DNA of 64,000 nt from an uncultured delta proteobacterium (GTDB taxonomy: Bacteria; Desulfobacterota; Binatia; Binatales; Binataceae). The notes beneath the pieces are model-generated. The model worked only from the letters and a program-made list of their open reading frames with translations. It did no database searches and was not told where the DNA came from. The translations under genes and the position numbers were made by a program. Shown here piece after piece: positions 22,000-32,641 of the stretch. Location of the stretch: assembly GCA_963724765.1 (NCBI GenBank), contig CAVRVY010000004.1:1664001-1728000 (forward strand). The letters run 5' to 3'. Positions within the stretch are counted from its first letter, which is position 1. Every line of letters begins with the position of its first letter.

Positions 22000-23478
22000 T
22001 GTTCCCCGTCAGCACAAGTTGGACAGAATGGTTTGATTGAGGAAGAGAGGGTGTTTGGCTCATCTTAACCGCGCAAGAGCGGAGATGAGATCGAAAGTGG
22101 AGCCGCATTCGGAGGAAGCGGAGAAGGCGGTACGGGATATCCGGCGGGCGACCCGCCGGCAGTACTCGGCGGAAGAGAAGGTTCGGATCGTGATTGCGGG
22201 TCTGCGCGGCGAGGACAGCGTGGCTGAGCTGTGCCGCAAGGAGGGCATCAACCAAACCTGTATTATCGCTGGTCGAAGGACTTCCTGGAGGCCGGAAAGA
22301 AGCGGCTGGCGGGTGATACCGCGCGCGAGGCGACCAGCGATGAGGCGAAGGGTTTGCGCACGGAGACTCACCAACTCAAGGAGCTGCTGGCCGAGCTGAT
22401 GGTGGAGAACCGCCTGCTGAAAAAAAAACGTGCTCGGGGATGGGGAGTCCGATATATGAGATACCCGGCCGCTGAGAAGCTGGAAATCATCCGGCTGGTC
22501 GAGCAGTCGTCGTTGTCGGTGCGGCGCACCCTGGCCCAGCTCGGCATCCCGCGCTCCACCTTCTACGCCTGGTACGAGCGCTATCTGGCGCGCGGCGCCG
22601 GGTCTGGAATAAGCTGCCGGATACCGTGGCTGGAGCAGTGCTTGAGCTCGCGCTCAAAGAGCCAGCGCTGTCACCGCGGGAGCTGGCGATCTCCTTCGTC
22701 GACCAGCAACGCTACTTTGTCTCGGAATCATCGGGCTATCGGCTCCTGAAGGCGCACGACCTGATCACCAGTCCGGCCTTCATCCTGATGAAAGCGGCCG
22801 ATAGCTTCGCCCAGCCAACCAGCGCACCCAATCAGCTCTGGCAAACCGACTTTACCTACCTGCGGGTGATCGGCTGGGGCTGGTTCTATCTGTCGACCGT
22901 GCTCGATGATTTCTCGCGCTACATCCTGGCCTGGAAGCTGTGCACGACCATGACCGCCACCGATGTCTCTGACACATTGACGATCGCCCTGCGTAGTTCC
23001 GGCTTGGAGCGCGTCCGGGTCCGGCACCGACCGCGGCTGCTGAGCGACAACGGGCCGTCCTACCTCTCCGCCCAGCTCGGTTCCTGGGTCGCGGAGCATG
23101 GCCTGACGCACACCCGCGGCAAGCCCTATCACCCGATGACCCAGGGCAAGATCGAGCGCTGCCACCGCTCCATGAAGAACCAGATCTTGCTCGAGAACTA
23201 ACTACTTGCCAGGTCAGCTCGAACAGCGCCTGGCCGAGTTCGTCGCTTACTACAACCTGCGGCCCGCTACCACGAGAGTCTAAACAATCTGGCCCCGGCC
23301 GATGTCTACTTCGGCCGGGGTCAAACCATCCTGACCCGGAGGGAAAACATCAAGCTCAAAACCATCGAGCTACGACGCCGGCTGCATCATGCACCTGCAG
23401 CCCCAACTTCAACTCAGATGGACCAGATCCTCTCTTAAATTTATTGCTAACTTGTCCGAAAGGTTCTGACGACATACA
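22000..23478 (+). mobile_element. IS3/IS481-type insertion sequence, degenerate
   Basis: TGT...ACA termini with imperfect IRs (TGTTCCCCGTCAG / CTGACGACATACA); orfA RRQYSAEEKVRIV, A-run slip site near 22420, orfB WQTDFTY / LSDNG / TQGKIER; additional frameshifts. Confidence 0.85.
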
Positions 23479-23691
23479 GCAGCCTTGGGCAAGCGCGCAG
23501 AAGTGACTGAGGAGGGAGTAACAGAAACTCTTGCATCCATCTGCGAGCCGCGGACATCGCACGAAATGGCTGTGGCGGCGAGCCAGGCTGCGTGATCGAC
23601 CATAGTCTGTATGAGGGCGGGCGGGCCGCCGCCCGCCCGTCGTTTAACGCCTGAACGGTTTGTCACGACGGGAAACAGGGAACTTTACAAC

Positions 23692-23894
23692 ATGAGATGT
23701 CCGCTTGTGGAAGCACAAGCATGCATTTCGACGAACGGGCAGAAGGATCGATAAGTGCTTACTGCGTCCGATGCGGTACGCTTGCGAAACAGTCCAAGCC
23801 TTTTTGCGAGCAGTGTGGCAAGAAGGTCGTCGAGGAACTCCTCGATGCTCATCATGTGTGCGCGCAGGGCCGAGAGCTTCCGTCTGTCGGTTGA
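23692..23894 (+). CDS. Small multi-CxxC zinc-ribbon protein (start probably frameshifted)
   Basis: CGS...CVRC...CEQC...HHVC in about 65 aa. Confidence 0.45.
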
Positions 23895-24077
23895 TTAGCT
23901 GCAACGCAAATAAGGCTGACCCTTCACGGTCATTGCTGCCCGGGCGATGCGCTTTTTTGGCCGGATGCTTTTTCATTTTCGGCGCCTCCGGATTATGTGG
24001 TCTTTTCAGGCACAGGCACATTTGTGCTTATCAATGCAGAGCAGACCGACAGGAAATTCCGATCTCCGATTTTGGCT

Positions 24078-24093
24078 TGGCACAAAGTTCGCT
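24078..24093 (+). promoter_or_regulatory. Sigma-54 (-24/-12) promoter
   Basis: TGGCACAAAGTTCGCT, GG-N10-GC, upstream of the DksA-like gene. Confidence 0.6.
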
Positions 24094-24258
24094 CCTCTAA
24101 TTCTCACGTCCGAACTAGAGGCAGTTTAGGTTTAAGAGTCCATGCTTCAACGCGAATGGCGGGTTCAAAATAGGTCGAATAATCTAAGGATTTCCTGATG
24201 CACGAAAAGAATCTCGCCCTGGCCCGGGTGCACGATTATCGGACCGCTCAGGAGCAGG

Positions 24259-24726
24259 ATGCAACACCGCCGCCCCAGTGACGAACTCGATAGTGCGCGC
24301 GCCCTTTCCGATGTAGAGACGAACGCAAGCCTTATAGAACGGGTAGAGGAACGCCTTCGAGCCATCGATTCCGCACTCGATCTTTCTGGAGCAGGGCCGC
24401 TATGGAAGTGCACTCAGTGTGGAGAGGAAATTCCTATGGAGCGGCTGCGAGCGCTGCCCCTTGCCACGCGTTGCGTACATTGCCAGAAGGAGGAAAACTG
24501 CACACGGCATGTCGACGAAAGAACGGTGGATGAGCCTTTCGGCCGGAAGTGGGACCTTCCGGAGGAAATGGCCGAAGCGACCGAAACGTCGCGTGATGAG
24601 TACGTAAACCTTTTCGGAGCGGGGCGCTGGCGAAGAGGAGCCTCCGTTTGCGCCCGATTTGGAAACGAGCAGGCGAAGACGCCGTGGAAGGCCGCGCAAG
24701 GGATCTGCTACCCAAGGGCCAAATGA
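24259..24726 (+). pseudogene. TraR/DksA C4 zinc-finger protein, probably degenerate
   Basis: DELDSA...LRAIDSAL, CTQCGEEIPMERLRALPLATRCVHCQ; N-terminus and tail appear shifted. Confidence 0.75.
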
Positions 24727-24769
24727 CCAGAGGCGGGTGAGGTGACTCCAAAGGCGCCACGGTCAATCT

Positions 24770-25513
24770 ATGAGAGTCGTATCCAAGGCTAATTCACGAA
24801 CCGCAAAAAGGCGGCCACTTGAGCGCAACAACCGCTCACCCGCCGGACTGGTTCAAGCGCTTGGAGGAAAATTCTCGCGGCAGCTGGGAATACATCTCGC
24901 CAGCCGCAAATCATCTGAAATTTTCAAATGGTTTCTGGCCTCGATATTGTTTGGCGCGAGGATTTCGGAGACCATCGCCGTCCACACATACAGAAAATTT
25001 GAAAATGAGGGACTCGTCGACCCGAGGCAGATCGTTGATCGGGGATGGGACGGGCTGACGGTGGTTCTGGATAGGGGAGGCTACGTCCGCTATGACTTCA
25101 AAACCGCTACCAAGCTGCTCGACGTCAGCCGCGCACTGCTGGAAAAATATGGCGGCAATCTGAACACTCTGCACGCTACAGCTCCGGACGCGCGCGACCT
25201 CGAAAGAAGACTTAAGGCGCTGGGTAAAGGCATCGGCGACGTGACCATTAACATCTTCCTGAGAGAACTACGGGGCATCTGGCCCAAGGCCGAGCCTTTA
25301 CCCTCTGAGCTCGTGTTGACAGCGGCCAAGAATCTGGGACTGATTCCGAGGGCAAGCGATGAGCGTGCCGCCCTTCAGTTGCTTAAGGAAGAATGGAGAC
25401 GCGATGGTAACGACCCGAGGGGATTTGCCGATTTCGAAGCGGCTCTCGTGAGGAGGGGCCTCGCTTTGCGCAAGGAGAGCCGCTCTCAAGGCGCGAGCAG
25501 GAAATCTCACTGA
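24770..25513 (+). CDS. HhH-GPD / endonuclease III-like DNA-binding protein
   Basis: FKWFLASILFGARI, GGYVRYD, KGIGDVTINIFLRELR. Confidence 0.8.
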   Translation: MRVVSKANSRTAKRRPLERNNRSPAGLVQALGGKFSRQLGIHLASRKSSEIFKWFLASILFGARISETIAVHTYRKFENEGLVDPRQIVDRGWDGLTVVLDRGGYVRYDFKTATKLLDVSRALLEKYGGNLNTLHATAPDARDLERRLKALGKGIGDVTINIFLRELRGIWPKAEPLPSELVLTAAKNLGLIPRASDERAALQLLKEEWRRDGNDPRGFADFEAALVRRGLALRKESRSQGASRKSH

Positions 25514-25654
25514 AGACGGGTGTTGCTAGTCGGACTCGACTCCGAGCGCCGGGCTCGACGCCTCTGCTGGCCTGAGCGTGCGGAAGGGTGGCCCTCATAG
25601 ATTCGAAGTCGAGGCATCCAGAGGGAACAAGTGCGGGTCGCAGCAAAAGCGCTT

Positions 25655-26665
25655 CTACACGCCCGGGATTTCCAGCGTTGCCCGCGCATCGAGCCAGCGC
25701 GAGCGAGTTCCGAGGCGTTCGCACAGCCGCCTCATTTTGAGCGCGATCACCCTTGCTCTCTCGCCTTGCGCCATCCTCGCCTGACAGCCGGTGATCACCG
25801 TGGGTAGCAGAGTCATGCGCGTCATCCGGGCGCCGTCCATCTCGAGCATGAAGATGAACGATTCATCGTTGCGGTCAACCTCGTCGACCGCGTAGTCGTC
25901 AATGAAATTGCCCGTGCAGTACATGATCGGGCGACCCTTGTATAGCTCGATTCCTTGAGAAACATGCCCGGAATGGCCGAATACGATGTCCGTGCCGGCT
26001 TCGATCAGCGCATGGCCGAAGCGCACGTGCGCGGCGAGCGGTTCGTGGCCCCAGTTCGGGCCCCAGTGCGCGGAAACGACAACCAAATTGTTCCGTTTGC
26101 GCGTCTCGCGCACCGTCTCGAACAGTCTCCCAGCGCGCTCGTCGCTGACGTCGATTGGCAGATAGAAGAGGCCAGGACTCTGCGGGCCCGCCTCCCATTC
26201 CGGTTCGTTGTCGGTGAACGCGATCAGCCCTATCGATGTGCCCTTTACAACAGAGACCCCGGGTCGGACCGCCTCGGCTGGATTGGTTCCCGCCCCTGCG
26301 TGCTGGATTCCGGCACGGTCGAGCAGCTTCAGCATGTCGAGCATAGCATCGTACCCGAAATCCAGCGCATGGTTGTTGGCCAGCGAAACCGCATCGATTC
26401 CAGCCGCCCTTAGGACCGCGACATTCTTGGCGTCCGAGCGAAAATGGAACTCTTTGGGAGTTCTCGACCACGGCCGGCCGCGGTCGGAAATCACGCATTC
26501 GAGATTGCAGGCGCGCCAATCCGCTGCTTGAAGCTGAGTCCTAGTGTCGCCCCACGGGTAATCGGCATCAACCCGCCGGAGAAGGTCATTGACCATCCTG
26601 CCCAGCATTACATCGCCAACGAACAAGAGTCTCATGCGGCCGGCGGCGTCGGATTTCATAGCCAA
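25655..26665 (-). CDS. CapA-family metallophosphatase (poly-gamma-glutamate synthesis-like)
   Basis: GDVMLGR, NLEC, SLANNH..D.G, HWG, GHSGH, GNFIDDY. Confidence 0.92.
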   Translation of the reverse strand: MAMKSDAAGRMRLLFVGDVMLGRMVNDLLRRVDADYPWGDTRTQLQAADWRACNLECVISDRGRPWSRTPKEFHFRSDAKNVAVLRAAGIDAVSLANNHALDFGYDAMLDMLKLLDRAGIQHAGAGTNPAEAVRPGVSVVKGTSIGLIAFTDNEPEWEAGPQSPGLFYLPIDVSDERAGRLFETVRETRKRNNLVVVSAHWGPNWGHEPLAAHVRFGHALIEAGTDIVFGHSGHVSQGIELYKGRPIMYCTGNFIDDYAVDEVDRNDESFIFMLEMDGARMTRMTLLPTVITGCQARMAQGERARVIALKMRRLCERLGTRSRWLDARATLEIPGV

Positions 26666-27141
26666 GCGAGAGGTCAGTTTGATCGGTGGAGCCGATCGTC
26701 CAGCGATTCATCCGTTTCCTTCTGAAACGATAGTCTCATCGGGAAAGAGAAAGGTCGTACCTCCGTCATGGAAGCGGACGAGAAACATTCGGCGACCGAG
26801 ATTCTCAATCTTTCTCAGAATCTCTGGCGCTTCACCAAACCACATGTCCCTCGCGATCCCGAATCGGCTTGACTAGCGAGCAATCTTTACGACTGCTTCT
26901 TAGACACGCTTCCATAGCGGTTCTCCAAGTTTCTGAACGATGACACATTCCACCGAGGCAACCCGCGTGCCAGACCACATCAAACGTGTTCGCAGATTCG
27001 CGCCACAGTCACGGGCCGCGATCGGTAAGCATGCGAAAATTCTGGTAACGCCTGGGGTAATTGGAAGTCTCCACGCCGCCCCACTGGGACATTGATGCCC
27101 CAATTCTGCTCCCGTGAGGGAAAATTTCTTTCGCTCTGCGG

Positions 27142-27612
27142 CTAAGCGGCTCCCGCAGCATAGCCGATCGGTAGCAGGGCTATTGGTCGCCAATCCGGCT
27201 TGATTTCTTTCCGAAAGATGCTTCGCACGGCTTCTTCGTCGAACGCGCCCACCCAGCACGCGCCCAATCCTGACTCGACTGCCTGAATCCACGCAAAGCT
27301 CGCGGCGATGGTTGCATCCTGAATCGAGAAGAGCCTCCTGCCTCGTTCGCCGTATTTCGCCCCTGATCGTGACTCAACGGCCCAGAAGACCAGCACTGCC
27401 GGCGCTTGGGCGATGAATTCCTGGCCGAAGGCCGCGTTGACAAGCTGCTCCCTCGTTTCGTCTTCGATGACGACAAAGACCTCCCGCGCTTTCAGACCGC
27501 CGGCAGACGGCGCGGAGTTGATGGCGTCAAGGATCTTGCGGAGTTGTTCACGGCTTGGCTTGCGTTCCAGGAAGCTCCTGACGGAATGACGTTTGTTGAG
27601 TACGTCTAGCAT
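27142..27612 (-). CDS. Nitroreductase family protein
   Basis: RHSVRSF, APSAGG, QDATIA, GLGACWVGAF, LPIGY. Confidence 0.9.
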   Translation of the reverse strand: MLDVLNKRHSVRSFLERKPSREQLRKILDAINSAPSAGGLKAREVFVVIEDETREQLVNAAFGQEFIAQAPAVLVFWAVESRSGAKYGERGRRLFSIQDATIAASFAWIQAVESGLGACWVGAFDEEAVRSIFRKEIKPDWRPIALLPIGYAAGAA

Positions 27613-27845
27613 CGCAACTCGCACGCTCAAAATAACTGAACGCTTTCTCGTCTGACACGACAACGCCGCCGTATCGGTGCTTTTAACAAGCAAGCCCCGC
27701 GCCGATCGTGCGTTTCCTTAAGGCAGCGTCTCTGTATCCATTCGCGCCAGCTTACAATTCGGATGGCTCGATCGGAGCCAGACACGGAACCTGTGGCTTC
27801 GTGCAAGGCGTGCCGAGCATAAAAGACAAGGGCCAACCGTCGCGG

Positions 27846-27861
27846 CGGCATGTTTCATGCT
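27846..27861 (+). promoter_or_regulatory. Sigma-54 promoter overlapped by an inverted repeat
   Basis: CGGCATGTTTCATGCT (GG-N10-GC); TTCATGCTC...GAGCATGAA spans the -12 element and the ATG. Confidence 0.55.
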
Positions 27862-27873
27862 CGAGTTTTGAGC

Positions 27874-28422
27874 ATGAAAATCTGGGAATTGATGGAGCGC
27901 GATGTAGCATCGTGCGCCCGGACCGACTCGTTGAACGTTGCAGCGCGCATCATGTGGGAGCGCGATTGCGGATGCGTTCCGGTGGTCGATCGAAATAATG
28001 TTGTCGTGGGAATGGTCACCGATCGCGACATCTGCATGGGTGCATATACCCAGGGGCGATCGTTGCACCTGATCCAAGTGCAGGACGTGATGGCGAGGCC
28101 GGCGGTTTCGTGCGAGCCGGAGGACGACTTGGTCACAGTGGAGAGCCTGATGCGTGACAACAAGATCCGCCGGCTTCCCGTATGTGATGTGGACGGCAAG
28201 CTGGTCGGCATGATCTCGCTCAGTGATATCGCGGTCGAGAGTGAGCGCGAACGGCGGGCGGGCAGGGACCGCTCGATACGCAGCACAGAGGTCGCGGATA
28301 TCCTGGGCGCGGTTTCCCAGCCTCGCTCGCATGCGGTCGCGCCAATTCCGTTCGCGCCCGAGGCGGGAGAGGTGGAATTCACGCCCAAGCCGCCGATCAA
28401 GCGAGGGCAAACCTACAGATAG
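27874..28422 (+). CDS. CBS-domain protein (paralog of 15910-16374)
   Basis: DCGCVPVV, GMVTDRDI, IRRLPV, GMISLSDI. Confidence 0.9.
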   Translation: MKIWELMERDVASCARTDSLNVAARIMWERDCGCVPVVDRNNVVVGMVTDRDICMGAYTQGRSLHLIQVQDVMARPAVSCEPEDDLVTVESLMRDNKIRRLPVCDVDGKLVGMISLSDIAVESERERRAGRDRSIRSTEVADILGAVSQPRSHAVAPIPFAPEAGEVEFTPKPPIKRGQTYR

Positions 28423-28434
28423 CGCAGGTGAGCC

Positions 28435-28722
28435 ATGGAAGAGGAAAAATTCTCCGGTCGGTCGCCGAGCAATTGGGCGTTGATCAAGAATGCGCTTGGG
28501 CAATCATTTCTGCTGTCTTTCGTGAATTGTATGATCGTTTAACCCCAAAAGAGGCCGCCGATGCCGGTGCGCAGATGCCGCAGCGGTGAAAAGTCCTATG
28601 GGCGTCGTTCGAATCCCCGGGAAGGGAAGTCAAACGCATCCACAAGGCGGAGTTCGTCAGAAAGGTCTCCGAGCTCGCAGAGATCCCGGAGAGTGAAGCT
28701 GCGCACGCGGTTAGAGGAAGTT
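28435..28722 (+). pseudogene. DUF2267-like protein remnant
   Basis: Hand translation: MEEEKF / RSVAEQLG...AVFRELYDRLTPKEAADAGAQMPQR*K...EFVRKVSELAEIPESEAAHAVR; frameshift, internal stop and truncation. Confidence 0.65.
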
Positions 28723-29274
28723 ATGCAACGGCCTTTGAAAATAACCTCGCGCGATTTCTCACTCAGCGAAGCCGTCGAGACCGAGATTCGCGAGAAAGCA
28801 AGCGCACTCGAGAACTATTACGAACGGCTAAGCGGCTGCGAAGTGACAGTGCAGGCGCCTGCCATCAAGCATCATCGCAAGGGCGGTCCGTTCCTCGTAG
28901 GAATCCGCCTGACGGTTCCCGGAAAAGAGCTGGCTGTAGATCGCCAGGCCGAAGAGGAGCTGTCGCAGGCAATCCGTGAAGCATTCGATGCCGCGCGTCG
29001 GCAGTTGGAAGACTATGTTCGGGAACTGCGCGGCGCGGTAAAGACGCACGAAGCTGCAGCGCTCGGCCGCGTCGCTCGCCTCGAACCCGAACTCGACTAC
29101 GGCATTATCGAGACCCCCGACAACCGCGAGATTTACTTCCATCGCAATAGCGTGCTCGGCGCTGACTTCGACAAGTTGGAGATAGGGGCGGAGGTCCGCT
29201 TTGTCGAGGAGGAAGGCGAGCAAGGTCCTCAGGCCAGCACCGTGGTCGTGAGGAAGATGGCATCGCATCGTTGA
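28723..29274 (+). CDS. HPF/RaiA ribosome hibernation domain fused to a cold-shock domain
   Basis: PLKITSR...AIREAFDAARRQL followed by YGIIETPDNREIYFHRNSV...GPQASTV. Confidence 0.9.
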   Translation: MQRPLKITSRDFSLSEAVETEIREKASALENYYERLSGCEVTVQAPAIKHHRKGGPFLVGIRLTVPGKELAVDRQAEEELSQAIREAFDAARRQLEDYVRELRGAVKTHEAAALGRVARLEPELDYGIIETPDNREIYFHRNSVLGADFDKLEIGAEVRFVEEEGEQGPQASTVVVRKMASHR

Positions 29275-29480
29275 TGATATCCATCGTTCGGGCAATCGCG
29301 TATATGTAGCGGCCAGGCAGCGGCTCCTGGTCTTCGTGCTGGTCGAAATCACTCGGTGCGATGCAGCGCTGGCAAGCCAAGCTTGGAACATAACGATCGT
29401 GCAGCAGGGGCGGAGCCCAACTAGCGATCACGATCGAGCCTAGCCGCCTGATGTGCATCGCGCTCACGCAGCGCGGAGCT

Positions 29481-29966
29481 ATGAAAAGAATATCGTTGAT
29501 CTCAGAGGCCGCCGCTATACTTAGACCTCGACGAGTGGCCGAGCGACAGCTCGAAGGCGCTTTGAATATACTCGGCTCTCAGTCCGTGCCCATTGAGACC
29601 GCTATTGATTACGGTCCCAGCATTTCCGCCGGAACTTCGCTATGCATCGTGGCAGAGTTCGAGCACACAGTTATCGGTATGGATAACCTCGGGGCAAGAA
29701 GCAAGCTGGCAGAGACCGTTGGCAAGGAAGCGGCTATTGTTTTCTCCCGAGAACTTCAATCGATGGCCTGCGTCGATCGACAGATGGCGGATCAGATTCT
29801 TCCGTACCTGGCGCTTGCGGGTGATGGCAGTCGCGTCACAGTGTCGGAAATAACCAGCCACTGCCGCACGAATATGTGGGTAATCGAGCAGTTTCTCGAC
29901 GGCAGGTTTGAGGTAAACGGTAACCTAATTTGTTGGGCTAAACGGTCGACGGTGTCTAGTTGCTGA
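29481..29966 (+). pseudogene. rtcA: RNA 3'-terminal phosphate cyclase, C-terminal fragment only
   Basis: VAERQ, AETVGKEAA, VD..MADQILPYLALA, ITSHCRTN (catalytic His); N-terminal half absent. Confidence 0.8.
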
Positions 29967-29989
29967 CGTTGTTTGAGCGATCTTATCGG

Positions 29990-30357
29990 ACGCCCTGGAT
30001 GAGGCTGCGGTACTCGGGCTCGTAAACTTGCGATTCGATGAAAAAACCGGAGTTTCCTTAGGCTCCCACGCGCTGAGCGTCTGTCCTGGACGCGATCCGT
30101 AACGATAAGCGGTCAACCCCCTTGAGCCGAAGCTGATGCGCTGTCAGGAAGATTTCACGTACCGCCTGCGGGCTTGCATCGGCTGGAAGATTCACCGTTT
30201 TCGAAACGGCGGCGTCGACGTGTTCCTGGAAGGCAGCCTGCATCCGTAGGTGAAGTTGCGGTTCGATCTCGTGCGCGACCGGAAACCGACGTTTGACCTC
30301 CTTGAGTATCGCGGCTTCACTAATCGAGCCGCTCCGGCGCACCAATGTCATCGCTTC
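29990..30357 (-). pseudogene. nrdJ: Class II (B12-dependent) ribonucleotide reductase C-terminal fragment
   Basis: HLRMQAAFQEHVDAAVSKTVNLP...KG / TAYRYGSR..Q.L. Confidence 0.8.
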
Positions 30358-30709
30358 ATCGTACAGTGCCTTGCGCAATAATTGGAATCCCAACGGCCAA
30401 CGACCGCTAACCTGGCTCGCGGGTTATCTGCGCAATCGTGGTATCGAAGAGATTTTTCTCTGCGGTCTAGCGCGCGACTTCTGCGTCAAATGGACTGCGG
30501 AGGACGTCGTTCAAGAAGGTTTCAGCGTCTGCGTATTGTGGGACCTCTGTCGGTCGATCGAGCCTTCGTCGGACCAAGCTCTACATGAGAGTCTAATCGC
30601 TCGCGGTGTCGAGATCATCGAAACGCCCCAACTTTACCGTTCAGTTTTCGGATTCGTGGCGAACGCATCGCGCAAATCCGCGTTGAGCTATTTCTGCTCG
30701 GAGGAGTAG
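30358..30709 (+). pseudogene. pncA: Nicotinamidase/pyrazinamidase C-terminal fragment
   Basis: SYSA.RNN..., LAGYLRNRGI, GLARDFCVKWTAED. Confidence 0.8.
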
Positions 30710-30776
30710 CACCCAACGTCGGTACGCAACCAGATACTTACGAAGGAGTCTAATCCTTGAGGCTTGTCGGACCTGA

Positions 30777-30792
30777 TGGCACGCAAATCGCA
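30777..30792 (+). promoter_or_regulatory. Sigma-54 promoter
   Basis: TGGCACGCAAATCGCA (GG-N10-GC) about 70 bp upstream of the USP-CBS gene. Confidence 0.62.
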
Positions 30793-30862
30793 TTGTTCTA
30801 AATGAAGCCAGCGCCAGCGACAATGCCCGGACACGCTTCGGGTTTAGAGCCGGAGGTTTGCG

Positions 30863-31666
30863 ATGGGCCCGATGTTCTCTACGATTCTTTGCGCAGTCGA
30901 CCTCGACGACAACTCCCTCATGGCGCTGGACGTCGCCAGAAAGATTGCACAGCGAGACACCGCGCGGTTGGTCGTTCTGCACGTGCTGCCAACCAAATTG
31001 TCTCCTACCAGGAAACTAAACCTCGACCTTTTCCTGGTTAAGGAAGGCGAGGATCGGAGGTTCTTGGAAGGATTGATGCGCGACCGCTTCGGGGATCTTC
31101 CATTCGAGGTGCTCACTCGCTCCGGGTATCCGGAGGTCGCAATCCTTCATGTCGCTGACGAGGTTCACGCAGAATTGCTTGTGATGGCCACTCATACGCG
31201 CGGCGTTATATCCCATCAATTCGTGGGCAGCGTGGCGGAGAAAGTCGTTCGCCAATCGAAATGTCCGGTGCTGATGGTTCCGGCGCCAGTGCGCGGAAAT
31301 GTCGAGATGGTCAGTGCATGGATGACGGCTAACCCGGCTACGACAAGTCCAGAGAACACCTTGGCAGAGGCTTACGCGAGAATGCGCGAGGGTGGCTTTC
31401 GCTGCATCCCCGTTGTCGAAAGCGGCGAACTGGTGGGGATGATTACCGATCGCGATATCCGAAATCGCGCCGGCGAACTGGAAGACTTCGAGGTTAGGCA
31501 GGCGATGACCGCTGAGGTGGTTACGGTTGCGCCGACAACGTCGGTTCAGGAGGCCGCGCGCCTGCTGCTCGAATGCAAGGTCGGCGGTTTGCCGGTGCTG
31601 GAGGACGGACGGGTGATCGGAATCATTACGGTCGAAGACGTGATCAAGTTCATGCTCAACGAGTAA
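30863..31666 (+). CDS. Universal stress protein fused to a CBS pair
   Basis: ILCAVD...LLVMATH...GSVAEKVVRQSKCPVL followed by two CBS repeats. Confidence 0.92.
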   Translation: MGPMFSTILCAVDLDDNSLMALDVARKIAQRDTARLVVLHVLPTKLSPTRKLNLDLFLVKEGEDRRFLEGLMRDRFGDLPFEVLTRSGYPEVAILHVADEVHAELLVMATHTRGVISHQFVGSVAEKVVRQSKCPVLMVPAPVRGNVEMVSAWMTANPATTSPENTLAEAYARMREGGFRCIPVVESGELVGMITDRDIRNRAGELEDFEVRQAMTAEVVTVAPTTSVQEAARLLLECKVGGLPVLEDGRVIGIITVEDVIKFMLNE

Positions 31667-31670
31667 GTAC

Positions 31671-32012
31671 ATGCTCATCACCCATAACGGTAAGCTAAGA
31701 GGGATTTTCACCGAGCACGACGTACTGATGAAGATCGTGGACACGGGGATCAATCTCGCGCGTACGGCAGTTAGCTCTTACATGACGCCCGATCCAGTTA
31801 CACTGCCGGTCGACGCAGGGGTCGCGTACGCGCTGAACAAGATGGTCGTGGATGGCTTACACCGCCTCCCGCTGATCGATTCAGAGGGCGATCCGGTAGG
31901 GGTGGTGTCGATGCGCAATATCATTGGATATTTGTCCGGCTTCTTTCCAAAGGATGTGCTCAATCTGCCCCCTGATCCGACGAAAATTTTTCGCCGGCGC
32001 GAAGGCGCATAG
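31671..32012 (+). CDS. CBS-domain protein (possibly 5'-truncated)
   Basis: GIFTEHDV, MTPDPVT, HRLPLID, GVVSMRNI. Confidence 0.75.
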   Translation: MLITHNGKLRGIFTEHDVLMKIVDTGINLARTAVSSYMTPDPVTLPVDAGVAYALNKMVVDGLHRLPLIDSEGDPVGVVSMRNIIGYLSGFFPKDVLNLPPDPTKIFRRREGA

Positions 32013-32092
32013 CACCGACATTCGATAGGCGGTCCTGATGCGCTGTGAAACGATCTGAACCGATGCGGCAATTTCGCGCGCTGGACTATTCA

Positions 32093-32569
32093 ATGGCTCT
32101 CAAGCTTACTTCTTCGGCCTTTGCATATGGTGAGCAAATTCCAGCGGTTCATACATGTGACGGGAAAGATCGTTCCCCAGCACTGAGGTGGTCGAATATT
32201 CCGGAAGGAACCCGAAGTCTTGCTTTGATCGTGGACGATCCGGACGCGCCCGATCCGGCTGCGCCGAAAACGATATGGGTGCACTGGGTACTCTACAATC
32301 TTCCGGCTGACGCTGTGGGCTTACTCGAAGCGGTAACCCCGGCAAAGTTGCCGGCCGGGACTTTGGAGGGAGTCAACGACTGGAAGCGTACTGGTTATGG
32401 GGGGCCGTGCCCACCAATCGGGCGGCACCGATATTTCTTCAAGCTCTACGCACTGGACACAGTCTTGCCCGATTTGCATCGGCCAACCAACTCGAAGCTC
32501 GAAAAAGCGATGAAAGACCATATTCTGGCTCAGGCGACGCTCATGGGGACTTATCAGCGTCATCGTTGA
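32093..32569 (+). CDS. YbhB/YbcL (PEBP / Raf kinase inhibitor-like) protein
   Basis: DDPDAP, WVHW, YGGPCPP.GRHRYFF. Confidence 0.93.
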   Translation: MALKLTSSAFAYGEQIPAVHTCDGKDRSPALRWSNIPEGTRSLALIVDDPDAPDPAAPKTIWVHWVLYNLPADAVGLLEAVTPAKLPAGTLEGVNDWKRTGYGGPCPPIGRHRYFFKLYALDTVLPDLHRPTNSKLEKAMKDHILAQATLMGTYQRHR

Positions 32570-32641
32570 ATTGGCGCCGATGGCGCCAGATTTCGTCGGC
32601 GGCGTCGGTATCGGCGTGGAATCAGCGACGCGTACGAAATC

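Noticed and set aside
28600-28630. GTTCGAATCC tRNA T-loop-like sequence
   Set aside because: No cloverleaf; it lies inside the DUF2267 pseudogene frame
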